A stretch of 63,000 nt of DNA, the filler included, from Gonapodya sp. JEL0774 (taxonomy: Eukaryota), in the NCBI GenBank assembly GCA_027604505.1. It is 11 parts of 11 records of this genome, joined end to end, with 100 filler letters (N's around TTAATTAATTAA, not from the genome) between each part and the next. Parts side by side here need not be neighbours in the genome. Positions count along the whole stretch, not along the records: positions 23,041 to 28,681 come from JADIIX010000687.1; positions 28,782 to 34,418 come from JADIIX010000688.1; positions 34,519 to 40,138 come from JADIIX010000689.1; 8 more parts are not named here. One strand, 5' to 3'. Below are positions 24,699-35,571 of the stretch, piece after piece. The notes under the pieces are model-generated. The model saw nothing but the letters and a program-made list of their open reading frames with translations, was not told where the DNA came from and did not search any database. How positions within the stretch are numbered: position 1 is the stretch's first letter; each line of letters begins with the position of its first letter. A program made the position numbers and the translations under genes.

Positions 24699-25652
24699 TC
24701 ATAGTCTATAACTATGGTTTGGAGCTCGACGAGCTAGACCGCTATAACAGTCCAACATCCTTGAGGTACAGAAATCGTGTCAACGTTGGACATGGTACCG
24801 ACAACCAAAGCTCAACAAACACATACCGATCCCTCCACAAGGCCACCAAGTCATCATTCTCCAGCAGCTTTTCATAAGATGGGGAAGTGCTCCTTAACCA
24901 CATAAAATGACCCATGAGAGCGAAATCCGGGTAGCCTGGTTTGTCCCCGCACAGGAACCGTGCTCCTGCAGCCAACGTGTTTCGGACAGGTGCAAGAGAC
25001 ACCCGAAAAGTTTCAATAAACAAATCTCGGCCAACTATGGACTCTTCCAAAGTTTTGCCGAGGAGCAACTCCCATCTCTTTCGGATGTACTCCTTGTCCT
25101 TTTCGTGGAGACGGTCATGAATGTCCTTTGCCGCGATGGATAAGCCCAGGAAGCTGAAGTGGGAGAGAACCCACTGGCGGAAGAAGAATGCAAGAGCCCG
25201 ACCATTGTTGTCACCGACAATAAGTGAGGGCAGCTCTGGGTAATTGTCCTCCAGATATAAAACAATCTAGATTATTGAAACGTGTCCATCAGTGAGTACT
25301 GCACGAAGCGTTACCAGTGGAACTACACAATCAAGCTTGATGATATGTAATGGGAACTACTGGAGATCTCACCTTCCAAGAATCATACAATACCATTGGT
25401 GCGCCATCTGCAGCTCGGTGGTTCGGGTCTATTATCACCGGCACAGCTTCTGACCCGACACCTCCTGCACAATTGGGTCTGTCAACCTAGCGACCTCCGC
25501 TGTTGTGATCACATCGCGTTCCAGCTCGTTGTTGAATCGACAGTTTAGTCACCTCCATGGGATTCCTTCCCATTTCAATCCCTTGTGTGCCAAACAGAAC
25601 ACGACTTGCCAGACGTACGGTGAGAACCGGCGATCGGGATCCGCTCCTGCAA
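24699..25652 (-). CDS. LigE/beta-etherase-like glutathione S-transferase; apparent 1-bp frameshift near 25444; first exon not resolved
   Basis: Spliced: LAGADPDRRFSPYVWQVVFCLAHKGLKWEGIPWR...VPVIID...DSWKIVLYLEDNYP...FLCGDKPGYPDF...WRDRMLDCYSGLARRAP. Confidence 0.8.
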
Positions 25653-26941
25653 GCTGTCAAAAATAGATCGCATGAGAGGAGCTACTGGCGTCTTTGCGAG
25701 TGAGATGCGATGCTGGGAAATCTGTGGTGAACCTGTACCTCACTGTTTCACGAATGAGGCGATCGAGTGGAGCCCTGTGACGAATTAAAGTGCTACTCAC
25801 TAGACTCTGATTGGCAAATATGATCCCCCCATTTTGAATCGCGCGGGGCTTTTGATTCGGGCTCTGATGGCAACAATTGAATGGCGGGTTGGGAAATGAA
25901 AGTGGGTGAACTGCAGCCGAACAAACTTCATGACCACTCGTGGTCATCTAGACTTCCGACGGATCCCTGCTCCGAGAAGTTACAAGAATTGATCTAGCAA
26001 GCGAATCGCATTCAAGAAATGTCCAGTCGCATGTAAGAAGTCAAAACGCAGTGATGGATGTCCCGCTAGAAGTCGGCAGATTTCTCGCGCACGATCATTT
26101 CTACAGTCAATGTGGCAAAACAGACATCAAGTGCTGTAGTGAAGGGAAGAATGCCTTCTGTGAGAGAACACTTTTCATAAGACTGAGATCGTGCGTAAGC
26201 TGAAAATTGGTGCTATTCAGAGTTTCGAATGCCCCCAATGTCTCTGTGACGCCAGAACCGACTTGACAAGCTGCATTTGATGTTGTTGAACAAAGGGCTT
26301 CTTCTATAGTGGGATACTCAGCCTTTGCCCCAATTTGCCGCCAAGTTGTGGTCTCGGCGACCCTTCTCCGCAAAAGTGAATGGGTGGCAGTCGTTGTAGC
26401 AGGTTACCATAGGTTATCATCTCACTATGGTATCGTGTACGATGGTTCTTCTATGCTGTAAAAGTCAAATTTCTCGAACAACATACGATGATTGTTCAAG
26501 AAGAAAGTGGGCAGTAGTTCCGGGGTTTACTGGATCAATCAAAGCCAGAATCAGTACGTGTGCTCTAAATCTGCTTCACGTGATTCACAGGTGATTCCAA
26601 CACCCCGCTGGTGTTCAGCAACAGCAAAGCGTTTAGACTTTTTGGTTGCCACACCGCAGTACAACTTGCATCTCCAGCTCACCATCACCAAATCAGAGCA
26701 ACTCCGAAATGCATGCAATGTTACGGATATATGATGCTATGCAATATATAAGCATTTTTGTCAGGTGTTCCCCACAGGGATGGCGCTCCATAGTCAGGGT
26801 TGATCTTGCGGAATAGCGCCCGTCTGCGGTATTCGTTCTGGCGGATGAGGGTCTGAAGAAACCCTTTGAACCTAAAGACCCCCTCAGTGATACAAAAGCC
26901 TGCATCATTCCGCTGCGACTAACAGCAACTTGTCCGGAGAA

Positions 26942-28681
26942 ATGTCGACATCTCGCGGGGTTCGAGCAATTCTGAGCGGGGCGTTCCTCCTGGGCATCGC
27001 GGGACAGTCTCTGGCAGCGCCAGTCTGTGGCCAGAACTTACTTCAGTGTGGACAGGCGTGTTACGACTGCTCAAAGTATGGCTGCGACAACGGAAACCTT
27101 GTTCAAGGCAACAGCTGTATTTCGGTGAGTCACAAGAAACGGTGCAAGCGTGTTGCCCTGTTCACGATTCGTGGATCGATGGGATTATCTTTCGTCACAT
27201 CAACTGCTTTTCTCCCACTTCTCATGATCAGACACTTGTTCACTGCCCCTCACCGCTGCTTCAATGTGGGGGGGCGTGCTATAACTGTGACTTGTGGGTG
27301 CGATCGCGTTTGTGGGATGTGGTTTTCAGCTGTCTGAACATCAAGTTTCCCGAGTACAGATACGGATGCTCCAATGGCAATCTTGTACAGGGAAAGAGCT
27401 GTGGATCATCTGGGTCTGCAGCTTCTTCTGCAGCTGCCGCACTGGTGCGTGAATTGACCACATCGGGTGACTGTGATTCGTTGTACTTGCTTACAATCGC
27501 AATGACATTTCTGTTTCTAGGCAAACACCGTGACAGCAGCTTCGAACTGCCCCAGCGCCTTGCTTTCTTGTGGTACAGACTGTTACAGCTGCGAATCGTG
27601 AGTCTCGACACGTTGGGTACCATAAGTCCTCTATTTTGACACAACTGCCCCACCTTTTCATGCGCAGTTACGGATGCTCTAATGGCAAACTGACTCAAGG
27701 GAACTCATGTGGAAATACCGGCTCACCCCCTGCTTCCCCTCCCGCCGTCCCCCCTCCTGCAACGAACTGTCCAAGTCCCTTGTTGTCGTGTGGCCCAGAC
27801 TGCTACAACTGCAACTCGTGCGTATCGTATTGAATACATGTGCCTATGCTTTTCTAGTTCTCACCGCCGCTCTACCAACAGCTACGGATGTTCCAACGGA
27901 AAGCTGACTCAGGGCAACTCCTGCGGAACTGGAGGATCTCCCCCGGCAACCCCACCCCCTTCTCCTCCGCCCCCGCCCCCACCATCTCCACCAGCAGTGC
28001 CCCCGCCGCCGCCTCCAGCAGCAGTGGCAAAGAAGGGTCTTTCGTTTAACGACCCAAACTGTGCAAAGGCGTAAGTTCCACATTCATTTTTCGGTGCTTC
28101 GTTCATTCCTCATGTTGTCCCCTTCTAGTGTCGCGCAAGGTTCGTCGTGGGCATACAACTGGGCGCAAGGCACTGCACCTCTCCCGAACGGACTTCAATA
28201 CGTTCCGATGTTGTGGAGCAACGCCCCGGATCTGACCAAGACCTGGCCACCAGCCACCAAGAGCGCTTACTACCTCGGCTTCAACGAGCCCGACTTGTGC
28301 GTTGCCGGAGCGGGTGCGTCTTGTGTCCCTGTGGCGGATGCTGTGGCAGCTTGGAAGCAGTATATGGAGCCTCTGGCTGGTCCGGGGGTGACACTTGTCG
28401 GCCCAGCTGTCACAAACGGGGCAGCTCCACTCGGCCAAGCGTGGCTGGACCAATTCCTTGATCAGTGCACGGGGTGTCACATTGGAGCGATCGCGTTACA
28501 CATTGTGAGTAAATGCATATGGAACCAAGTTGCTCTGAGTTGACATATTGTCTCCTCAATCTTCTCCAGTACGACCGCGCCGACAACACCGCCTACTTCC
28601 AAAGGTATATGACTGACGCAGTGAACAAATACTACAAGGGAAGGGGTCTCCCAGTCTGGTTTACCGAGATTGGCATCTCTT
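26942..28681 (+). CDS. Secreted GH128 (Asl1-like) beta-1,3-glucanase with four Cys-rich CBM52-like repeats, 3' truncated
   Basis: Signal peptide; 4x CGxxCYxCxxYGCxNGxLxQGxSC; Pro linker; KKGLSF, WAYNW, YVPMLW, LGFNEPD and PVWFTE catalytic-domain motifs. Confidence 0.85.
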
Positions 28682-29346
28682 NNNNNNNNNNNNNNNNNNN
28701 NNNNNNNNNNNNNNNNNNNNNNNNNTTAATTAATTAANNNNNNNNNNNNNNNNNNNNNNNNNNNNNNNNNNNNNNNNNNNNGTCCTTGGACGTCGGGTGC
28801 CGTGACGAGGCCGTTGGCTCGTTCTGATGGAGTGACAAAGTCGTTGATGGGTTTTGGTTGGGATACCGGCGGACTAAGCGTAGCTATATCTGAAATGCAT
28901 ATACGAAAATTTCTCGGAATGTTCGAGTCCGTCTGAGACTGAATAATGGGGTTTGAAGGGAAACGAGATTTTCTCTTTCCTCCCCGACACAGCTGGATGT
29001 GTGTCAACATCATTCGTATCCCAACACTCTGCTTGAGGGAGTCCACATCAGATTATGACCATGCGAACTCAAAAAGACGCGCTCTTTCATTTCCTTTAAG
29101 AAGAATCTGTTCCAGCTGGTTCCAATTGTGTTCCCTACTGAACGGCAACCCATCACTACTGTGTATCACTGTCAGACACAAACACTCCGCCAAATCGCAA
29201 ACTAGATAACAGATTCTAACAGATTATATTAATATGTTATGTGGATATGCGGCTCAAATGAAGCTCGACTTCGGTGGGTGAGTCATTGTGGCAGAGCAGC
29301 TCTCAACCACACTCCCGCTTTCCCCTTCCCCACACAACGAATACCA

Positions 29347-32300
29347 ATGAGTTTTCTTCCCCTAGCAAATCCAGCGCTTAAGCCGCCACTTATCTTGCCC
29401 TCGCTTGTCCCGCTCGCCACCGCCGCTCGCGCCTCTGCCGTATTTCATTCAACCGGCAGCGGACTTCACGTGCGACGTTCAGGGCGACGAATCACGACGG
29501 CGGCGGCGGCGAGACCGGCCGCTTGTCTTCTGCAAAAGCCGGTGACGGTGGATGCTGCTGTGACCAGCGGCTTCAAGACCTTTACTCGGCCGGGGCTGGC
29601 ATCCACTGTTGAATCGTCCTCGTCCACCCAATCAACTGCTCCGCCGAAAACGCCCGACCTGGTCGCCATTAAAATCAACGGCAAAGATTTCAAAGTACCC
29701 AAAGATTTGAATATCGCAGATGCGTGCCAAATGAGTGGGGTGTATGTGCCGTGAGTCATCCTGAGAATCCTGAGCAGGGCCGTTTATGCATGTGTGGGCG
29801 CATAGCAAGCTGTAGCGACTCTCCAACGCGATTGGCATCTTCACCAATCAAGGAAGATGCATTTTATGATGTTGATGTGGCCATCAAAATCCTCTGGCAT
29901 TGCAGGTTGCATGTGCTGCAAACCACGAGAGACCTTAACTTTCGCAGAAAGTACCAGTCTTCTGTCCCCGACAGTATGGAGGATTGTAATGCTGGTGCAC
30001 CAATTGAACTGGATTTAGTTCTCTTTATGAGCTCTGCCTTCCGTTTGTCTGTTCTCGAGCTCACCACTCCGCATCTTCCCTCCCACCACCCCAGAACCCT
30101 CTGCTACCACCCCCGCCTTCCTCCCCGTGGCTCCTGCCGCCTCTGCCTCGTCCAAGTCGTCGGCTCGTGGAAACTTCTTCCCGCATGCGTCACGACCGTG
30201 GCCGAGGGGATGGAAATCAACACCGACACCGTCGAGGCCAAGGAAAACGTCAAGGGCGTGCTCACCATGTTGAGAGCTGAGCATCCTAACGAGTGTTTGA
30301 ATTGTGAGAGCAATGGGAGGTGTGAGGTGAGTCGGGAGGGGAAAGGGTGCCTGTTTGAGGATCATCAGCGGGACGAATTGATCAAACGGGGAGCGAGAGT
30401 CCGCGGGGTTTTCCACTCTTTCCAGCATGAGAACAACAATCTGAGAAATGGTTTGATGGAGGCCTATAGGAGCAATGGTACCCAGAGTGCCTGGTCCTTG
30501 TAGACTTCATCGCGGAATCACCCGCTTCACCAAACATCCCGGCTCACGTTTACGCACTCTGACCACCCCACAGTTCCAAGACCTCATTTACCGCTACGAC
30601 ATACCCGACGCACACCCCCGTGGCACCAAAATGGCCGGACACGTACACGACAGGGGACACAATCCTTACGGACATACGGTGATCGGGGTGAGTTCCTCTG
30701 CTCCGCCTTTGCCGATTCAAATTGTCGAGTCGGTGGACGTGTTAGTCTCCTTGCGGACTTTATACTCACGTTTTTGCTGCTCTCGTTGGCAGCTCCACCC
30801 CCCGGAATACTACGAGCAGCATTTTTTCGACGAGGACCGACCCGACGTCGTCCACGAGTTGGCCAAACCTGTACAAGACCACCACGCGCGAACCGTGCCC
30901 AACGAGCCCACTAGACCGCAGGCGGATAAATACGATGGGAGGTACTTTGAATTGTGAGTACCAGGGTGGAGTCGCATTCGGGTAGGAGAGTTATTAATAG
31001 TTCTTGTCTCCGATCATACTGATTCGATCACCCCACCGCGACACACCAGTGGGTACGCCAATCCTCACAAGGAAGAGGTCGATGTGAGCAGCGATGCGGT
31101 CGCGCGGAGTATGGACAAGTGTGTCAAGTGTGGTCGGTGTGTGACGGCGTGTTCGCACCTGCAGGTGGGTAGGAAAGTGTTGGTATGCACGAATGAGGGA
31201 TCTCGTGGTATCAACCGAGCGTGCTCTGCTCCTACTCCAACCTGATTCACCCGTCGCACACGTATCACCGATCAGGACATGAACATCCTCGGCTTCACAT
31301 CCCGCGGCGACCACGCTCACGTCGACACCCCCTTCTCTGCCCCTCTCTCCATGACCCTCTGCATCGAATGCGGCCAGTGCAGCGCCTACTGCCCCGTCGG
31401 CGCCATCACCGCCCGCTCCGAAGTCGACGCGGTGCTGCGCGAGCTCGAATCGAAGCGGAAAGTCATGGTCGCGTGCACGGCGCCGGCCACTCGGGTGGCT
31501 ATCGGAGAAGAGGTTTACATGGGTGAAGGGGAGAACGAGGAAGGGCGGATGGTGGCGGGGTTGAGGCATATCGGGTTCGACTACGTATTCGACACGAACT
31601 TTTCGGCGGATTTGACCATCATGGAGGAAGGGAGTGAGCTGATATGTGGGTGGCTGGTTCAGTCTGACTGGTGTTTTTTCTTGTCCTTCCTCTGAGGACT
31701 CGGACCCATGAATAACCCTATTTTCGCTTCCCGTAGCCCGCCTCAACAACGGCGGCACGTTCCCCATGCTCACTTCGTGCTGTCCCGGCTGGGTCAATCT
31801 GGTGGAAAAGTCGCACCCGGAACTGATCCCCAACCTGTCTTCGGCGCGGTCCCCACAGGCCATGTTGAGCAGTATGGTGAAACACTACTTCGCGAAGAAG
31901 TTGGGAAAAGATCCAGCAGATGTGTGCGTCGTGAGCGTCATGCCGTGTACAGGTGAGTTTTGTAATGGTGTACAAGAGGGTGCGTGAAGTATAGTTGAAA
32001 GTGATCTGTCGTTGTCCGTAACGTGTAATTCCTGTGGACTTACTGTGGATGGATCAGCGAAGAAGCACGAGGCTGGGAGGGAAGAGTTTTCTTTCACGGA
32101 CGCACGAGGGCGGAAAGTGAGGGAAACAGATCACGTGATCACGTGAGTTCTTTCCTTTGCCAAATCTTCGTGGTTGATTCGTTCTCACTCGCGAAATGGC
32201 CGACACACATCAGAACCCGCGAACTCGGCCACATCTTTCGTCTCCTTCGCGTGCCACTTGCACAACTCAAACCCTCGGACTATGATCCTACCTTGGGTGT

Positions 32301-33033
32301 TGCGACCGGCGCGGGTGTCATCTTTGGTGTCACTGGCGGCGTTATGGAAGCCGCGGTCCGTACTGCGCAGATCTTGACCGGCGTAGAGAAACCCATTCCG
32401 CTCGGCGCGTTGCATGATGTGAGGGGTCTGCAAGGTGTCAAGTCTGCGACGGTAGCGGTGAAGAACGCCGCTGGACAAGAAGTTCCCGTCCGGGTTGCTG
32501 TCGCCCATGGGGGCAAGAACGTCAAGGAGCTGCTGAAGAAAATGCAAGCCAAGGAAGTGGAATTCGATTTTGTGGAGATTATGATGTGTCCTGGAGGGTG
32601 CATCGGTGGAGGTGGGCAGCCAAAGAGTAAGAGCAAAGATATCTTGCAGAAGAGGATGGCCGCGGTGTACGACGAGGATGAGAGGAAAGTGCTGAGGAGG
32701 AGTCATGAGAATCCAATGGTAAGTTCTCCAGAATTGACCAGGATATAGCACGACCTCGTGTGCGGTCGCTGAATGTGACTCCCCTCAAATCCTCGTGCTT
32801 CTTCAGATCAAGGAGCTCTACGAAAACTTCCTCGGTGCGCCACTTTCCGAAACCGCTCACCACTACCTGCACACCCACTACCATGACCGATCCCACCCAC
32901 ACGACGAAACACCCGAGACGAGGGGGGACGGTAAGCTGTGCCGTCGATTAAACAGCAATCAACTGTAGCGACATGACTCAAATGTTGTGCACGTCAGGTC
33001 ACATACACAAACACCACCCAGAGGAACGCGTGA
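29347..33033 (+). CDS. hydA: [FeFe]-hydrogenase, group A, with 2Fe-2S, His-ligated 4Fe-4S, 2x4Fe-4S, H-cluster and small-subunit domains; about 11 exons; N-terminal targeting presequence
   Basis: PTLCYHP...GSCRLCLV...PAC; HPNECLNCESNGRCEFQDL; CVKCGRCVTAC; CIECGQCSAYCP; ADLTIMEEGSE; L1 TSCCPGW; L2 MPCTAKKHE; L3 EIMMCPGGCIGGGGQP; RRSHENP...HHYLHTHY. Confidence 0.96.
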
Positions 33034-33241
33034 AGAGACTGGAGAAGGCCTTGTGATGGAAGGAGTGAGTGTTGATACAAAGCTGGACTTCTGTGAATCT
33101 TTTTTGGGTTATTAAATGTTTGCGCGATAATGAGTGTAATTCGTACGGTACAAGTGTTGCAACCATCTTATGTAACTGCCTATAAAACACTTATCTTTAC
33201 TGCATCCCGCTGCGCTCGATCTACCACGTCGACGCAAAATC

Positions 33242-34330
33242 TCATTTTTTCGCGAGACAATCCCTCACCACCTTGGTTACCTCCAACACCTTCTCCTCTT
33301 CCAATCTCCTCGCTACAATTTGTACGCTCAGTGGGGCGTTGGCAAAACGTTCAGGAGTGTAGATAGCGTGGATTTTGCGCTCAAATTCATTCGCAAAGGT
33401 GTAGTCTGCTGGCAAGGGTATGTCAGTAGATTGTACTAGAGAGACGGGAACAGTGGTCGCCGTGTAATCTGGGGAGGAATTCGACGTGAACGAAAATTCA
33501 TTGCGCATAGGTGGGATAACTTACCGAGTAAGCTGTACAACATCGTGTAGGTCAGCGTCGCCATGAGGTCTCGGCCAGTGTCGTGAGGTACCGCAGGAAC
33601 TGCCATGACGGGGCAAATGATGGCATCGATGCCGAGCGAGGTAAAGTATTCGAGGTAACGGGCTTTGAAGTTGTCCCGCTCGACTATTGTAGGCAGTAAA
33701 TTAGTACTCTAAAACGTGGGAGGTTGTGGTGGGTTCATGCAAAACTTACGAATCAACTCCCACATCTGCGACACAGTCAGGTGCCCCTTCTCCCACTTTG
33801 CAACCTCTGCGACAGCACTGTCCGGGTACGGTTCCTGGAACACAGGCTCGTGTGAACCGAAGCGGAGGAAAGGGTTGGAAATGTACTCGTCCGCAGGTTC
33901 CCCGCTTGTGGAGAGAATATCCCGCAAGGCGATTTGGCCGTCGGCGGTCCACAACGCGTAGACGAGACCAAGGAGTCTGTCGATGTCGAAGCACTTGAAC
34001 TCGACGACTGATTGTGCGATGTGGTGAGTTGGAAAGTCATGAAAATGGAGTCCCGTGTGACGTTACCTACCTTCATGGCCTGCGGCTTTAACAGCTGCCA
34101 CAGTTTCCAAGACAGCCCGCTCAACGGGTGGCACAGGCTGTTGGAAGACAAGGGATGATGTATGGTGAGTGAACGAGACTGGAAAAGGATCACGAGTGAC
34201 ATGCGGTGGACTAACCCGTGCCAATCCGTTCGATGTGTAGTAGCCGAACTTCAACTTCTTTGGCAATTGAATTTGGCGGAACGGGATCGGGATGACATCG
34301 GCTGTGTAATGAGAATATGATCACTGATTA
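33242..34330 (-). CDS. Amidase-signature family (acetamidase/FAAH-like), C-terminal exons, 5' truncated
   Basis: KKLKFGYY, PPVERAVLETVAAVKAAGHE, DAIICPV..PAVPH, YTMLYSLL and PLSVQIVARRLEEEKVL. Confidence 0.85.
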
Positions 34331-34689
34331 TTTGTATCCGCATTATGATGGAACCACTGATCCGACGCTCACGATCGAAAGCTGATTGATTCGAGTCAAC
34401 CATGATCTAGAACATAAANNNNNNNNNNNNNNNNNNNNNNNNNNNNNNNNNNNNNNNNNNNNTTAATTAATTAANNNNNNNNNNNNNNNNNNNNNNNNNN
34501 NNNNNNNNNNNNNNNNNNCTCTCTTCCCGGTCACGAGCATTTCGGACGGTTTGGATGGGCTTAGGAAAGAAAGGAGTACCTACAACTTCTACGTGATGAT
34601 GAATCATGTCACTAAAACGTTTTATTTGTTTGGCAAGGTGTGTTTTGTTGAGCGTCATTTTGCAATTTGCAATTGACTTTTTTATGGCT

Positions 34690-35242
34690 GTTATAGCACA
34701 TCATCGGCTTCTACGTGAATTACCTTCGTTTCACAAATGCCCTCAGCCCAACGGATATTCGATGGATATATCTGACCTCCCTCTCTGGATCCTTCTCCGT
34801 CACCATCGCGATTTTCCTACATACCTTGCGATTTAAAGGTTACTTGCCCGGATGGGTCGCGTACTCCATATACGCAACTTCGTTTTTCACGGGTGGGGTG
34901 CCTTTCTTGGTCAATGGGTACAGGTGGGCAACGGAGCATCCATGGGTGCTTCTCATTACCATCGGTGGTATCCTCTTGAACCGCATACCCCGATCAAACC
35001 GATACTTTGATGTCTACCAAATCTTTGTCTTGACACTTTTCCACTGGGGAGTTGTCAACAAGGGCGGATCATGGAGCGATGTGGGTGACACCCTTCACAA
35101 GGGTGTTGGTTGGGTCGTTCGGGATGGGTTTATTGAGGGAAAGTGGGTGGATATGGCGGCTGCTACCACGAACCTGATAAAAGGAGCTGCCGCGTATATC
35201 TTAGCGAATCCTGCTGGCGTCGCAGGGAAGATGTGGACCTGA
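34690..35242 (+). CDS. Last exon of a multi-pass membrane protein of unknown family, 5' truncated
   Basis: ORF of about 175 aa with several hydrophobic segments (IAIFLHTLRFKGYL, WVLLITIGGILL). Confidence 0.5.
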
Positions 35243-35571
35243 CGCGGTTTCATGGGGTTTGGCCATATTGGACAATTTCAAATTCTACCCTCTACTTAGA
35301 CCCGACTTAGTTGTTCTTGGTGGTAGATATTCTGTGAGTCTCCTGTTTTCCGGAAATATATAGAGCCACTTGCATACATACATCAGTAATATCATGTCAA
35401 ATTTCAACGCTTATGCTCCTCTCAATCGCTTCCGGCCGTTCACCAAATCAGACAGGTGCGGCATTGAAAGTGCGGCGGTATGTATAATATGCACGGCGGA
35501 CAACCTCAGGCTCAGGCGGCACAGAATTATCCGAACACAGAAATCAAAACTCCCCCGGAAAAATTTGCAGA

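Noticed and set aside
29347..33033. Nar1/IOP1 cytosolic Fe-S assembly factor, or bacterial contamination
   Set aside because: It has the 2Fe-2S and His-ligated clusters, TSCCPGW and the small-subunit motif of true hydrogenases, and it has canonical spliceosomal introns.
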